A stretch of 64,000 nucleotides of DNA from Callorhinchus milii (taxonomy: Eukaryota): positions 41,976,001 through 42,040,000 of the forward strand of contig NW_024704743.1 of assembly GCF_018977255.1 (NCBI RefSeq). Direction: 5' to 3'. This document shows positions 25,836 to 38,229 of this stretch, piece by piece (positions within the stretch are counted from its first letter, which is position 1; each line of letters begins with the position of its first letter). The notes below the pieces were generated by a model that was given only the letters and a program-made list of their open reading frames with translations, had not been told where the DNA came from and did not search any database. A program made the position numbers and the translations under genes.

Positions 25836-26520
25836 CAAGCAAGCAATCTGAAGTTGTTTGTCAATCTTAGGCTGTGGATTTGTTGGTGGTAGAGACCAGG
25901 TCACTACCATCTTATAAAGTAATGACAGGAAGGTAGTAGGATTGGTGCCCTGGATCATATGAACCTTCTTCATCTGTAATTCTCTGAATACTTCAACACT
26001 GGCTTGAGTCTACGAATATGTAGAGGAGCCAGCCTTCTATTTGTGGGCAGAAGTAAATGAACCAAGTCATGGCTTTGCTGAATGAAGGGATATGTTTAAA
26101 TAAACACTGGACAGTGGTGAGAGAACTGCAACTCTACATCATCTCTGAATATAGCTGAAAATAGGTCATTGGTTAAACTGCTGCTGAAAAGAAAGTTGTT
26201 GCAACAAATTCTCTGCAGAAAAGAACCTGGGACAGAAGAACTGTTCAGGAACCCAACTCTCATTGTTGTGTAAAATCCTGTCTTGGCTGCTGTCGTATAA
26301 CAGAAAAAAATGAATTAAATGAAGAAGAGTAAATACTAAACTAGTTTGACTAGCCCACTCTGGTAGAAGTACTGTAACTGTACAACTAAGGACTTAATAG
26401 GATGAAGACGGATACTCCAGTCCTGCCTTTATTAATAGATGCTTACATTGTAGAATTAATCTGTTGGTGAGCAGAAAATTTTAGAGTGAAAAATACAATA
26501 TTAACCAATATTAACCAAAA

Positions 26521-26712
26521 TGTAGCTCAGTGGTTAGAGCACTCGCCTTGCAAGCGAGACACCTAGATTCAATTCCAGGCAAGACAAAACCTTGGGCAAG
26601 TTTCCTTACTCCACATGCCTAATAATAATCCCTCCAAAAAACAAAACATTAATAAATTGGTCATTTTCAATCCATGACCTTTTGTGGGACACTGCTGTGC
26701 GCAATTGGCTGA
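26521..26712 (+). mobile_element. tRNA-derived SINE 5' portion, abutting an older Deu-type SINE (26715-27182)
   Basis: TGTAGCTCAGTGGTTAGAGCACTCGCCTTGCAAGCGAG...; followed by the Deu motif GTGAAAGATCCCAATGACAC. Confidence 0.85.
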
Positions 26713-26871
26713 TTATGTGGCCGTGAAAGATCCCAATGACACTTCTTGAAAGGTGAAGGTAGTTTCGCCCGGTGTCCTAGCCAACAATCCCCAAAATAAA
26801 ATTGGTCATTTACTTGATGGTTGTTTAAGGGACACTGCTAAATGTAAAATTGGCTGCTTTGTTCACCTGCA

Positions 26872-27050
26872 CCAGGGTGGTCGAACCTTTTAGCTACTGA
26901 GGGCTGGATTTCCTATTTGAGAAACATCTGCACACTTCATAAACAATATTTTTGTGTTTCCCTTCCAGAAACATAACAACATTTATAGGTTGTGGAGGAA
27001 ACAGGTAGGCCAGATGAAATGGGGGTGGGGTGGGTGGCGGGATTCACCAG
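26872..27050 (+). mobile_element. Non-autonomous hAT-like DNA transposon remnant
   Basis: Begins CAGGGTGGTCGAACCTTTT (hAT-like terminus); first ~105 bp clearly homologous to 56268-56372. Confidence 0.55.
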
Positions 27051-27810
27051 TGGTCACTGCAATTTAAAATATATTGCTTTGAGATGTCCTCTGACACAGT
27101 CACTACACTTTACAGTAAATCATATCAGATATGAGACATTCTCCTGACTTGAAAGGTGCTATATCAAATGGAAAGATTATTATCTCAAAACAGGTGGAAT
27201 TGTTATCCAGCCATGTCTTATTTCGGAATGTATAGAAAAAATTCTACAGTTTTTCAATTCCTGTGTTGGGTTCTGCTTTCTGTTCGTATTTTGCCCATGG
27301 TGGTGTCACTTTAGACAGGGATATATGTTCAGATCATGTTTATGTACCACATGAATATGACAAGTCAATTGTACCACATGATTTGCCAGCAGGCAATTTT
27401 TTTTCTGGCTTCTACCACAGGTTCCATAAAAGACAGTAAATCTTCAACCTTTCTTTCTAAGTTTTATTTTCACCTGGACCATTTTCTCTTTGACCATTTT
27501 CTCTTTTTCCCCTCATCGACCATTGCTCTTTCTGAGATCAGCTAAATCAGCCTTTTTGAGGTATTAAGGGAAAAATCAGTGAATAGCCAATGATGTGAAA
27601 CGAAACAGCTGCCAATTGAACTTCGAAAACTCAATGTATCGCGCAGCTGTTTTGAAATGATAGGTCACAGCTGTTTGACAAAAGTAGGTAGGAAATTGTA
27701 GTTAAGCATGGATTGTTTTGAAAGAAAGCACTTTGGATTCTACTGTAGCATTCAATGCAAGGGCATTCAATTCGGAAGACCCTTCTATCCCAATGTCAGC
27801 ACTGTATTTT

Positions 27811-28157
27811 AATAATAATAATCCTTGCATTTGATATCGTGCCTTTTCACATCTTCTAGACATTTCAAAGCGCTTCACAGAATATACTGTAAAGTGAATT
27901 GAGTGTGTATTTTGTGGGCGAAACACGGCAGCCAATTGTGCACAACATTATCCCATAAATGATCGTGGATTGAGTGACCAATTTTTTNAAGGGATTATTA
28001 CTCCCGGAAAAGCGTTCATCAGTCGACTAATTTGCTGCTGGCTAAACAGAGTCGTGTGGAGTGAGAAAACTTACCTAACGTTTCACCCTCCCAGGAATCG
28101 AACCAAGGTCCTTTCACTTGTGAGGAGGTGCTCCACTCAATGTGTTACAGGACTCCA
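27811..28157 (-). mobile_element. tRNA-derived SINE, long subfamily
   Basis: Tail, body, extra segment and head present; contains one N. Confidence 0.88.
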
Positions 28158-29358
28158 TGCAAAGCAAGGATATAAGCTGCATATTGACAATGGGCTCTAA
28201 AAGTGGACTAGTAAGAGACAGATCCTACAGATAATAGGCAAATACAACTGACTCTGCAGCCATACCTTACTCATGTGCTTGCCTAACATATGGAGTATTG
28301 TTGTTTGCATTGCTTGTTTACCTTAGTGTCCATGATATGAGGGATTCTTTCAATCTCTGCTGTTTCTTTGATTTTTAATCTACAGTCGCATATCTCTGTG
28401 AAGATTTATTTGACATTTGGTTGTATTCTACTGGTATGAACAGTAAATTAATTCTTATACATTCTAAGATATGAACTTGAAATTCACAGAAAATAATTTC
28501 GACATAGAAAGGAAAGAAACATATTTCGAATGGTGAAACACAACAGTTTGCATACACCAGTGTAGTTCTCGTAAAACATTAAAAATTTACACCACAGAAG
28601 TAGGCCATTTAGACTGTTTTGTTTTTGTTGTCTCTTTTAAAGAGCAATCCTTTCAGGCTCATTTGCCTACCTTCTCCCATACTCCTTTTCATGTAGGATA
28701 AATGTGTCAAATCACTTACCAGACTTAAAATAGAGGGTACTGAGTAATGTATCAAGAGAGTTAGAAATGTTGAATGAAAGCAATGTTGAAGAAATATGTT
28801 TTGAAATGGGTTTCGAAAGTATGAAAAGATGAAACCATGTAAAGAGATGTTGAAAAATAATTCTACAGGAGCCAGGGAGACCTTTGAGAAGATACCTGAA
28901 AAGTTTATCATTGAGGTGATCAATCCATGAACCTTTCATGTCTGGAGGAAATCTTAAAATGCTTCACAGGATTTACTGCAAAGTGAAATGAATGTGTATT
29001 TTATAGCATATGTTTACAATTTTTTGAGTAACTGAGATAAGAGGGTAAGTGGACAATGATACAGGCATAGATATGGGCAGACATATCAATGGATTTAACT
29101 TCATTAATGAAAATGTTTCAGTCATACTGGAAAATGGGATCCTGTATCCAGATCTGAGTTCTGAAGTTATATCATCAATGTTTACGATTTCAATATTGAT
29201 TATGTTATACTGCTGAAACCTTACCTACTTTACTTATTCTAAATTAGTAGGGATATGAGAAACCTAAGCCAGAATGATTGGTTTGAAATGTATTGTGGAT
29301 TCCCAAGAAGCAAGAGGAATGTATTCATTTTTTTATTTTCTATTCAATATGAGCTTAC

Positions 29359-29522
29359 TGGCTTATTAAACTTGTAGCACAATTTGCTTAATATAGATTT
29401 TAACTTGGAAATTTTGCTGTGTAGTAGCCTTTCTGATGTAACTGGGACAGCAAACTCAAAGATATTCTTCTCATAATTCTGATCCCAATAAAGCAAAGTT
29501 AAAGAGACAATTGTGTATTTTG
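29359..29522 (-). CDS. Candidate coding exon of an unidentified gene or pseudogene
   Basis: Acceptor gttctctttatttcacag, donor CCA|gtaagc, open frame AKYTIVSLTLLYWDQNYEKNIFEFAVPVTSERLLHSKISKLKSILSKLCYKFNKP, in unique-looking sequence. Confidence 0.3.
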
Positions 29523-30689
29523 CTGTGAAATAAAGAGAACTTGCAATGTTTTGCAATAGCTTCATACAGCTCTAGGTTTGAATTGGGCTTATTCCCACCG
29601 AGATCGCTAACTTGAAAATGACATTATTTATGATGAAAGAAATATACAGTAAAAAAAAGCTTTCAAAGGAACAATCTTACAGCTTTCTGGCATTTTCGGT
29701 ATCCACTGATGTGAAGAAGTTTGGCACTAGATGTAATGCACAATTCAATGTAAAGCTCAGAAGTATAAATAAAGCAACTAAGTACTTTAATGACTCTGAG
29801 GAATGATTTTCGTTCAGTCCATCAGAATGTGTTTAATCAAATAGTCCTTAGCACTGACTCTTTGCTATTTAAATGAAAAGAACTTAATGAATGTTTTACC
29901 GATCCTGTCACCATTAAACATGACTGTGGTGAAATCCGCTAGGTTTAAGAGGATTAGAAAATTCCTCAGAGAGATGGCGGTTCACAGTCTGCTCTATCTC
30001 ATCCATGCACTTGTCCTATCTTACTATGTTTGTCGTTTAGCTCAGTTCTTTACTTCCACACAATTATTGTTATTTACGAACTAATCATATGCTTTCTCAT
30101 TTGTTTTCCTTGGTCATTACAATGAAGGTTGACTGGGCTTATTTTTCAGGACCACATTTCACTGGTCATGAAAAAAACAAATTAAAAAGCGCTGGTCACA
30201 GTTGATTTAATGAGATTCTGGTGATAATATGTCAACCATTGACTTAGAAGAGCGTCCACTTCAGCACTTAGGTACAGTTAGAAAGCGGCATGAAATTAGA
30301 TTCAGAGTGTGATTTGTATCATTATTAAAAGCTAATGTTTCATCACTTTAGTGGTCCCTTTTACAGAACTGAAGCCAAAAATCTCAGTACCTTGAAAAAT
30401 AAAGCCAACAGGAAATATCTAGTCATATCCTGGGAAAAATCAAAATGTTTAACATATGGAAATAGGATGTTTCTGTCAGAATCAAGCCTTTGTGACAGTC
30501 TCGGTAGTTCAATTCCTGAGCCAGATGGGTCAGCAGTATTCCAGAGCACTGCTCATGACAGACTAGCCAGCCGACCAGTCACTGGGGTAAAGGAGTCATC
30601 CCACTTAGCTCCTGTTACCCCTGCAAGCCAAAGTCCTAATGGTTAGGGTGGTCCTAGCTGAACAAGCAATGTAAAAGCTTGCCAGACAG

Positions 30690-31335
30690 CAATAACAACA
30701 ACAACTTGGATTTATATAGCGCCCTCCACGCTGGATGGCGTCTCAGAGCGCTTCACAGTAACGGATCCCGGGGCCGAGCCAGAGGGAGGGGGAGGAAGGT
30801 GACCAAAGGCGCGGTCGACAAGAAAGGTCTTCAGCAGAGACCTGAAAATAGGAAGAGAAGGGGTGAAGCGAAGGGAGTGAGGAAGGGAATCCCAGAGCCT
30901 TGGGACGTAGTGGCTGAAGGCACAGCTGCCGAGGGTGCAGCGGAGGACTCGAGGAAGAGGCCAGACCCGGAGGAATGAAGGCAATGGGCACTGTTTTGAG
31001 GAGAGAGGAAGTCAGAGAGGTAGGGGGGTGCAGAGGAGTGGAGGGATTTGAATACAAGGGTGAGGATCTTGAAGTCGATCCTCTCTGGGATAGGGAGCCA
31101 ATGCAGTCTGGCAAGGACTGGGGTAATCAGGGAGTGGAGTTTGGTGCGGGTGAGAATGCGGGCGGCAGAGTTTTGAATGATCTGGATTTTATGGATGGTA
31201 GTGGATGGGAGACTGGCAAGGATGGCGTTAGAATAGTCCAGCCGAGAGGTGACAAAGTCATGGACTAGGGTTTAAGCGGCTTTCAGAGAGAGGTATTGGT
31301 GGAGACCGGCGATGCGTCGGAGGTGGAAGAAGGCG
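30690..31335 (-). mobile_element. L2 LINE 3' fragment (second subfamily)
   Basis: (CAA)n tail; antisense of SRLDYSNA...IQNSAARIL...LHWLP; related to 45243-45930. Confidence 0.9.
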
Positions 31336-32139
31336 GTGGTGGTGAGGGAGCACTCACCAGCAATATCAATGGCACGTTATGCAGGTTTAGCTGGTTAGAC
31401 TCCAGAAGTACCCGAAACACACTCTGGGCTCCCCAAGCCTTGGCTCTTGCCAATCCAAGCCTAATACTTTCCCAAATTAGATAGGCTGGATGTGTTCCTC
31501 CAGGGAGAGTGTGCATACCATTCCAACAATCTATCCCTGGGATTTCCATGTGTAGATGGGATGCATGGGAATCTCAGTTTGGTTTGGATACTCTTAAGCT
31601 TGGTGATGGGTTTCTGTATTTATCAGATACCCGGGTGACCCCCAAAAAATTTTCTGTTGTTCGCAATTGCAAGTAGCCAGTAATATACTTTTCTCATGAT
31701 TCGTGCTTCTTTCCTATAGACCTTCAATTAAGTTTCTGTACACTGTACACCCTTGCATTTTATCAATTGAAATATCTTAACAGTTTAATTGTTTCTATAT
31801 TTTATGATGTGTTCTTAATTCCCTTAAGCAGTTTCATCAAGGGCCCTCCATCAAGTTCACTTGCTTGTGACCTTGACTTCCCAGTTCCAAGAGAAATAGC
31901 ACATCTAAGATTGACCTTGTAACTTTTCGAATGCCGCCCTGACAATCTTGTCTCTGAATTTATAGAATAATAATCCTTGTATTTGATATAGAGTCTTATT
32001 ATGCCTTTGAGACGTCTCACAGATTATACTGTAAAGTCATTTGACTGTGTATTTTGTGAGCGAAATGCAGCAGTGTTTCGCCCACAAACGTTTCACTGGT
32101 TATACAACAGAATGAAAAACTATTGTTTACAAAAGTCTC

Positions 32140-33590
32140 CCGCCCCTGCACCATCACGTGTGGTGTTCCTCAGGCCTCCATCCTCGCTTCTTTCCATCCT
32201 CACTCCCACTCGGTGGCATCATCCACAGGTTTAGGGCTAACTTCCACATGTATGTAGATAATACTCATCTATAATAAAATAAAAAATATTAAAATCCTTG
32301 CATTTGATATAGGGCTTTTCATGTCTTCAAGATGCTTCACAGAATATACTGTAAAGTGAATTGACTGTATATTTGTGGGCAAAATGCGGCAGCCAATAGC
32401 GCACAGCAATGTTCCACAAACAGTCGTGGATTGAGTGACCTAATTTTTTTTAGGATTATTATCCCAAGAAAAGCAGTCCACCAATCGACTAACAACCGGG
32501 TTCCTATTTACTGTTAGGTAAACAGAGGCATGTAGAGTAAGGAAACTTGCCCAATATTTCGACCTGCCAGGAATCGAACCCACGTCTCTCACTTGCGAGG
32601 CGAGTGCTTTAACCACTGAGCTACAGGACTCCACAACTCCATCTCTCTGTCTTCACCCTCAATTCCAGGACGACTGCTGTCCTAACCGATTGCTTGTCAG
32701 ATATCAAGTCCTGAATGAGAGCTACCTGTCACCAGCTTTCATCGAGGATTTGATGTCTGAATTCCAATAAGATGGAGGCCCTCCCGCTTGGCTCTCATCA
32801 GTACCTTCTCACCTCAGGCTCTGACAGTATCACTATACATAGATGCACACTTCACCTCACCAAGCCAGTATTATGTATTTTTCCTTTAAACCTCACATTC
32901 CTGCCTTGACTTGTTCAGCTTTCCCCCACTTCTGCAACATTGACTGCCTCTGCCATTACATCTCCCGTCAACCTGCAGAGACCCTTATCCATGCTTTTAT
33001 TATATCCAGGCTTGGTTGTGCTAACTCTCTGCTCACTGGATTTCCCAACACTTCCCTCCACAAACTGCAGATTATTCAGAATATATTCTGTAGCTTGGGT
33101 CCTCTCCTCTCCATGAGCATCTCAAGCCTTATCCTCACCCTACTTTGCTGGTTTCCCATCCCCCAGAGAATTGTGTTCAAAATCCTCAACCTCACTTTTA
33201 AAGCAGTTCATGGTCTGGGTCCATCCTATCTCTGTGATATTCTGAACCTTACCAACTCACCTCCTTTTTCCGCTTGGCAGACACTGCTCTGCTTCACATT
33301 CCCAGCCCCACCCACCCCACTATCGGCAGTCCAGCCTTCAGCATTTTTGATTCCACCCTCTGGAATTCCATCCTTTCACCTCACACATTCCTTCACCTCC
33401 TTCAAGGTCTGTCTCAAAAACGTCCTCTTTGACCACACCTTTGGTCATCTTCCCACCCCCGCTCCCATCCTCTCGGCCCCCAGCCCTCTCAATTCAGGTG
33501 CAAGCTCTCAACTGTTCAGCACCTTGAGACGTCCTCCTGATGTGAAAGGAAGGAACTCAAAAATATACAATTTATTTGTTGATGTCATTT
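32140..33590 (+). mobile_element. Degenerate L2 (RT to 3' end) interrupted by a SINE
   Basis: ORF 32843..33670 includes AETLIHAFIISRLGCANSLL...LHKLQIIQN...RIVFKIL; 3' stem-loop near 33520-33550. Confidence 0.88.
32290..32634 (-). mobile_element. tRNA-derived SINE, long subfamily, nested in L2
   Basis: Full head GGAGTCCTGTAGCTCAGTGG; L2 sequence continues on both sides. Confidence 0.9.
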
Positions 33591-33669
33591 TAACAATGTA
33601 TAGTGCCCCTCCCTTTTTCTTTTTTCCTCTAGTAAAATTAAGTTTAGCTTATTTTCGGTATTTTGCCTA

Positions 33670-34410
33670 ATATAGACAACTCCAAAGGGTGCAATCACAC
33701 ATGCTTATGGGATCAGCTTGGCAGGCCATATTTCAGAATTGGCATTGACAATGAACTACACAGTGTTATTTCAGATTGTTTTTGAAATATACTCCAGAAA
33801 CATGCTTGTGCCAGAAGTACCTTATTGATAACTCCCACACAGTGATTGATGCTTTGAGGGAATAGTCATTGATCATGCCCAAATCCTTTTCCATGTTTAC
33901 TAATGGATACCTCTTCAGAGTGGATGAATGTTTCACAACTCTTGTTCCAATATGCATTAGTTTACATTTATACACATTAAAATCCATCTGCTAAGCATTA
34001 GCATAGTTGCTTAATTGGTCCAAATGCTTTAGAATTCTATCAATCTCTTTTCTATTCACCACCTGGGTACATAGCTTACTGTCAGGAAAGTTAAGACTAT
34101 TACTGTAAGTGCCCTGCTCTATATGATTTGCAAATAGTGTAAGCAGCAGGAGTCTCAGAATAAACCCTCGTGGAGCTCCATGAGTTATTGTCTTCAGTTA
34201 GAGCTTTTTCCATTTATTACCACCTATTGCTGAAACAGTTTTCAATCCAGTAAAATTAACATCACTTTCATGATCCTCAACCTTCTTTAAAAGGTTCACC
34301 TATGGAACTTTGTCAAACACCCTCTAAAGATCCATATAAGTATATCAACTCAATAGCCTACGATTAGTTTTGACTGCAAGATTTTCAATACAGTTTGCAG
34401 CACATGATCT
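33670..34410 (-). mobile_element. Old CR1 RT fragment
   Basis: MDFNVYKCKLMHIG...EKDLGM. Confidence 0.7.
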
Positions 34411-34719
34411 ATATATATATATATTTATAAAAATACACTGAAACTGAATAAGGATTTACAGCAATAAATGTATACTTTATAGGAAATGTCATTTTATGAT
34501 TGTGAGCACAAGTCTTCTGTTCATTACTTTAAGTCTCGGTGTGAGCTATCATTCTGAAGCAACTATTAACCACAAGTTATATTGTGTTATTTTTTTATTT
34601 GTGAGAGGTATCAGGCAGGCATTCTGCATTTTGCATCTTGAATGTCATTTTGTTTTATGTCTATCAGCCAGGATAGACAATGTGTTTCCATCCAATGTAT
34701 GGAAACAAGATGAAAATAA

Positions 34720-35130
34720 AGTGGAAAGTCCTGAAAATTTGGGTTTGTTTCCACTGGAACAATCAATGTCAAGAAGTGATCAAATAGTGATCTTTGAGAG
34801 CATTGATAGTAAAAAATCAATCCCACTGCTTGTAAATATCTTAACTTTTAATCAAAGGAAAATAAACTCTTGGTTTCGAAAATTAAAGGAGGTGTTAGAA
34901 GTAATGTTTTGATGCAGAGGGTTAACGGAATATAAAATCTTTACCAAATATGGCTACTGAGGATGAGATCATATCAACATTTAAAATTGAATTGAATGAA
35001 TATTTGGGAAGGAATAATTTATGAACGAGTTTGGAGGAAGAGCAGCGAATTGGGATTAATGTAGTTGCTCTAGTAGGTGAGCAATTTTCACTAAATTAAC
35101 TAAATGGTCTTCTCCTATGCTGCAACTTCT
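34720..35130 (+). mobile_element. Old CR1 3' fragment
   Basis: LGLFPLEQ-like peptide and CR1-type 3' UTR TAAATGGTCTTCTCCTATGCTG. Confidence 0.6.
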
Positions 35131-35185
35131 ACAATTATTTGCATAGAACTTGCTTGATAGCTGAAGATATATTTTTATATCATAG

Positions 35186-35737
35186 CTAGCTGTACCCCTT
35201 GCAGCTTCGCTTGCAACCAAAGGATCCAATATGGAACGTAGACAGACAAACAAACAGACATGTCATCTTTATTTATACTCATCTGGGAGGACATTTTGGG
35301 AGGATCCATTGGGAGGGCTCGGAACTTTAAAAATGTAATTTTGTTGTTGTTGCCACGACTTAGCTTTAACTGTGTTCTTTAGTTTGTTCCCACCACTTGG
35401 CTATGTGTGTGCTCTGCGACGCAGGAACTTCACAGTGTCATGATCAGCCGACACGGCCACCAGGTATAACTGCAGTGTGCGTGTACATATGTAGCTGTTC
35501 TGTGATGCACAATGCCATAGTGCCACTTTGACTTGGCGGCCAACAGGTGTAACTGCAGGAAAAAACGCAAAACTGAAAATAACGCTTGAACGATAGGAGA
35601 TACCCGAAAACAAATATGCCCATGCCACTCCAAGTTGCAAGACCTTTCCGACGCGGTATAAATCATGTCTCTACATCAATCGTTTATTGAGATCCTTCTT
35701 GAAGTGCAGAAAGACATTGTTGTTTTATTAGGATAGA
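35186..35737 (-). mobile_element. Non-autonomous Helitron-like element(s)
   Basis: Minus-strand 3' end TTGCAAGC-GAA-GCTGCAA hairpin ~10 nt before CTAG; (ACAG/ACAA)n tract; candidate A|TC 5' end at 35737. Confidence 0.5.
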
Positions 35738-35768
35738 TAGAAGAAGATAGATAGAAGATAGAAGAAGA

Positions 35769-36335
35769 TAATAATCCTTGCATTTGATATAGCACCTTAT
35801 CACATTGTTGAAACATCACAAAACGCTTCACAGGAACACTGTAAAGTGAATTGACTATAACATAAAAGCCAATTGCGAACTACAGTGTCCAACAAACAGT
35901 CATGGATTGCGTGACCAAATTATTTTTGGAGGGATGCAAATATATATAAATCTGTGCATTTGATATTACACCTTATCACATCTTTAAAACATCTTAAAAC
36001 ACTTCACAGACAGAATTTTATCATGAAGTGTAGTGACTATGCATGAATTTGTAGCTGAACACAGCAGCCAATTTGTGCACAAAATGCCATGAAGTGGATG
36101 ACCAATTTTAGCCAGATTGTTAGTCGGGATACCGAGAAATAATTCCCTTTTGCTTTTCAATAGTGGCATGGGATTCTGAACTATTAACAACTATTGTTAA
36201 TAGTTTAACAATTCATCAAAGGACAGCACTTCCAACAATGCAATGTTCTCCAGTACTGCGGTGGTGTAAAGTCCTGATATGAACCTTCATAATCTAGTCT
36301 ATTGACTCAAAGGTGGGGTACTACCAGTTGAGCCA
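35769..36335 (-). mobile_element. Tandem SINE remnants (young 3' half, then old Deu-type copy)
   Basis: AATAATCCTTGCATTTGATATAGC tail; second copy with TAGTGGCATGGGAT and GACAGCACTTCCAACAATGCA. Confidence 0.7.
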
Positions 36336-37434
36336 GGATGACACTGATGCTGGTATACCAATACTTTGTTGAGCACAAAAATATATATTTTCTTAGGTCC
36401 CTTGTCATTTTGTCATTTTATGGGATATTGTTCGGATCAGAAAGGGACAATATAAAAAAGACGTCAGCTCTTAAATTGAAATGTTGCACTACTAATTATT
36501 TTACCTGCGAGCTTCTGTCATCAATTGTAATTTAGATGTGCTTCTGTGTATTATGTTAGAGATCATTCAAAGACAGCGATTTATTGTCTTCAGGCTGTGT
36601 GGATAACAACAGATGAGAAAAGGAATACAAGAGAGGAAATGGAGATAATTTCAACTAATGATATTTACACATCAGCAATAAAAGAGTAATAAGCTGCTGT
36701 TTGTCGGAATCAGTGTTTGAGCAAATACACAGAAGGACCAAAGTTACTTGCCCAAGAGTAGTTATAATTCACACCTTGCATTTCAAGTCTCTAGCTCACT
36801 TTGAATGCTTACATTAGAGTATGTTTTAGAGGATTGCCAGTGTAAGGCAATGATTGGCAAAGGGACCAAGAAACATTCATCTGAGTCTCCACAATTGGCC
36901 TGAGACGTTGGATGGGGTTGTGAATGCCAACACCTGCCAAAAAAAGGTCAGAGTGAAATGAATGATGGCAGAGAGACAATATTTAACACTCTGACCTTTT
37001 TTCTTAAGCACTTTGGAGACTTTTGGAAATCACAATTAATGATTCCTACACATCCTGCAAATGGTGTAGATTAGATCCAATACTGTGTCTAGGCATGAAA
37101 TAATGAAGCAAGATTACTCACTTGCTACCCTTTGAGCTTTCTCTCTCTTTAGGGTCCAGGAATGTTAAGTTCAAAATGATTTTGTTTAATAAGTATCTGA
37201 GGGAATTTCAGATCATCTATCCTGTCCTGGATGTGATGATTCACATTGTAGGGCAATTGTATGGATGCCAGCCACCCTCCTGCTCCTCGTCGAGGGATCA
37301 AACATCCCATACCCCTCTGCCATAAAAACCTGAGTAATATCACTCAGCTAATTCAGTATGTGTATCATTTATTTTGAAAGATCCGTAGATATGAATTAAT
37401 TCACATGGGCTAAATGTATAAAGCTAATTTTAAA

Positions 37435-37870
37435 CTTAGAACAATAGAATTGTATGACTCAATAGAAGGTCATTCAACCCATTTTATAATTCAGTGCTTG
37501 CTGTTCCAAGAAGCCATCCGTCCTAATACCAATTCCCTGTTTTTTCCCCTTACCCCATAACACCCTTCCTCTGAATGTGCTTGTCTAACTCGCCTTTTAA
37601 ATGTCCTAATTGATCTGTTCTTACAGATACCCTGGTAAATCATTCCACAACCTGACAACACTCTGGGAGAAGTTATTCTGAACCTCTCCTTTTATTTTCC
37701 AAATCACAATCTTGAATTCCAACCCTCTTGTCCTCACATCCCCTACTAGCAGATTGAAATTTTCATAATTAATTCTTTCAAGTCATTTCATCATCTTAAA
37801 CACCTCCATCATATCAACATTCTCTGCTCCAAAGGCAACAGACCTACCCCCTCTAACTTCTTCTCGGAGA
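37435..37870 (-). mobile_element. Old CR1 3' fragment
   Basis: TAGAACAATAGAA tail; CATTCCACAACCTGACAACACTCTG (antisense RV...WN motif). Confidence 0.65.
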
Positions 37871-38229
37871 TTTTCATGGTTTTGATTCAGACTATAGGAA
37901 TGGGATGGGATGGGGTGGTGGCATTCAACCCATCAAACATGCACCATCAATTTATTAAATCTTTTAATCCTAATGCCCATCCTTTCTTCATATCCTTTAA
38001 TGCTCCAATGCCTAAATATCTGTCTAACTCTCACTCAAACATCCCTACATTTGGACTTATCTCAAATAACTGTTAACTGATATTTTACCCTACCTCAAAG
38101 CTACTCAAGAGTCTTCTGGAATACTGTGTATGGTCATTCAATAGCACAGATCATTTACTATGTTTCTTCAGTCTCCGGTATCACATTAAGACCACACAAG
38201 GATTATTATTATGACCTAGATGACTGACC

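Noticed and set aside
26521..26590. tRNA-Ala gene
   Set aside because: SINE head continuing into the SINE body; acceptor stem not formed; many diverged copies.
28721..28896. Minus-strand exon candidate with gtaagt donor and two open frames
   Set aside because: Sequence resembles a decayed L2 3' region; biased composition explains the open frames.
32843..33670. 275-aa ORF (longest in the track)
   Set aside because: Decayed L2 ORF2 C-terminus drifting between frames.
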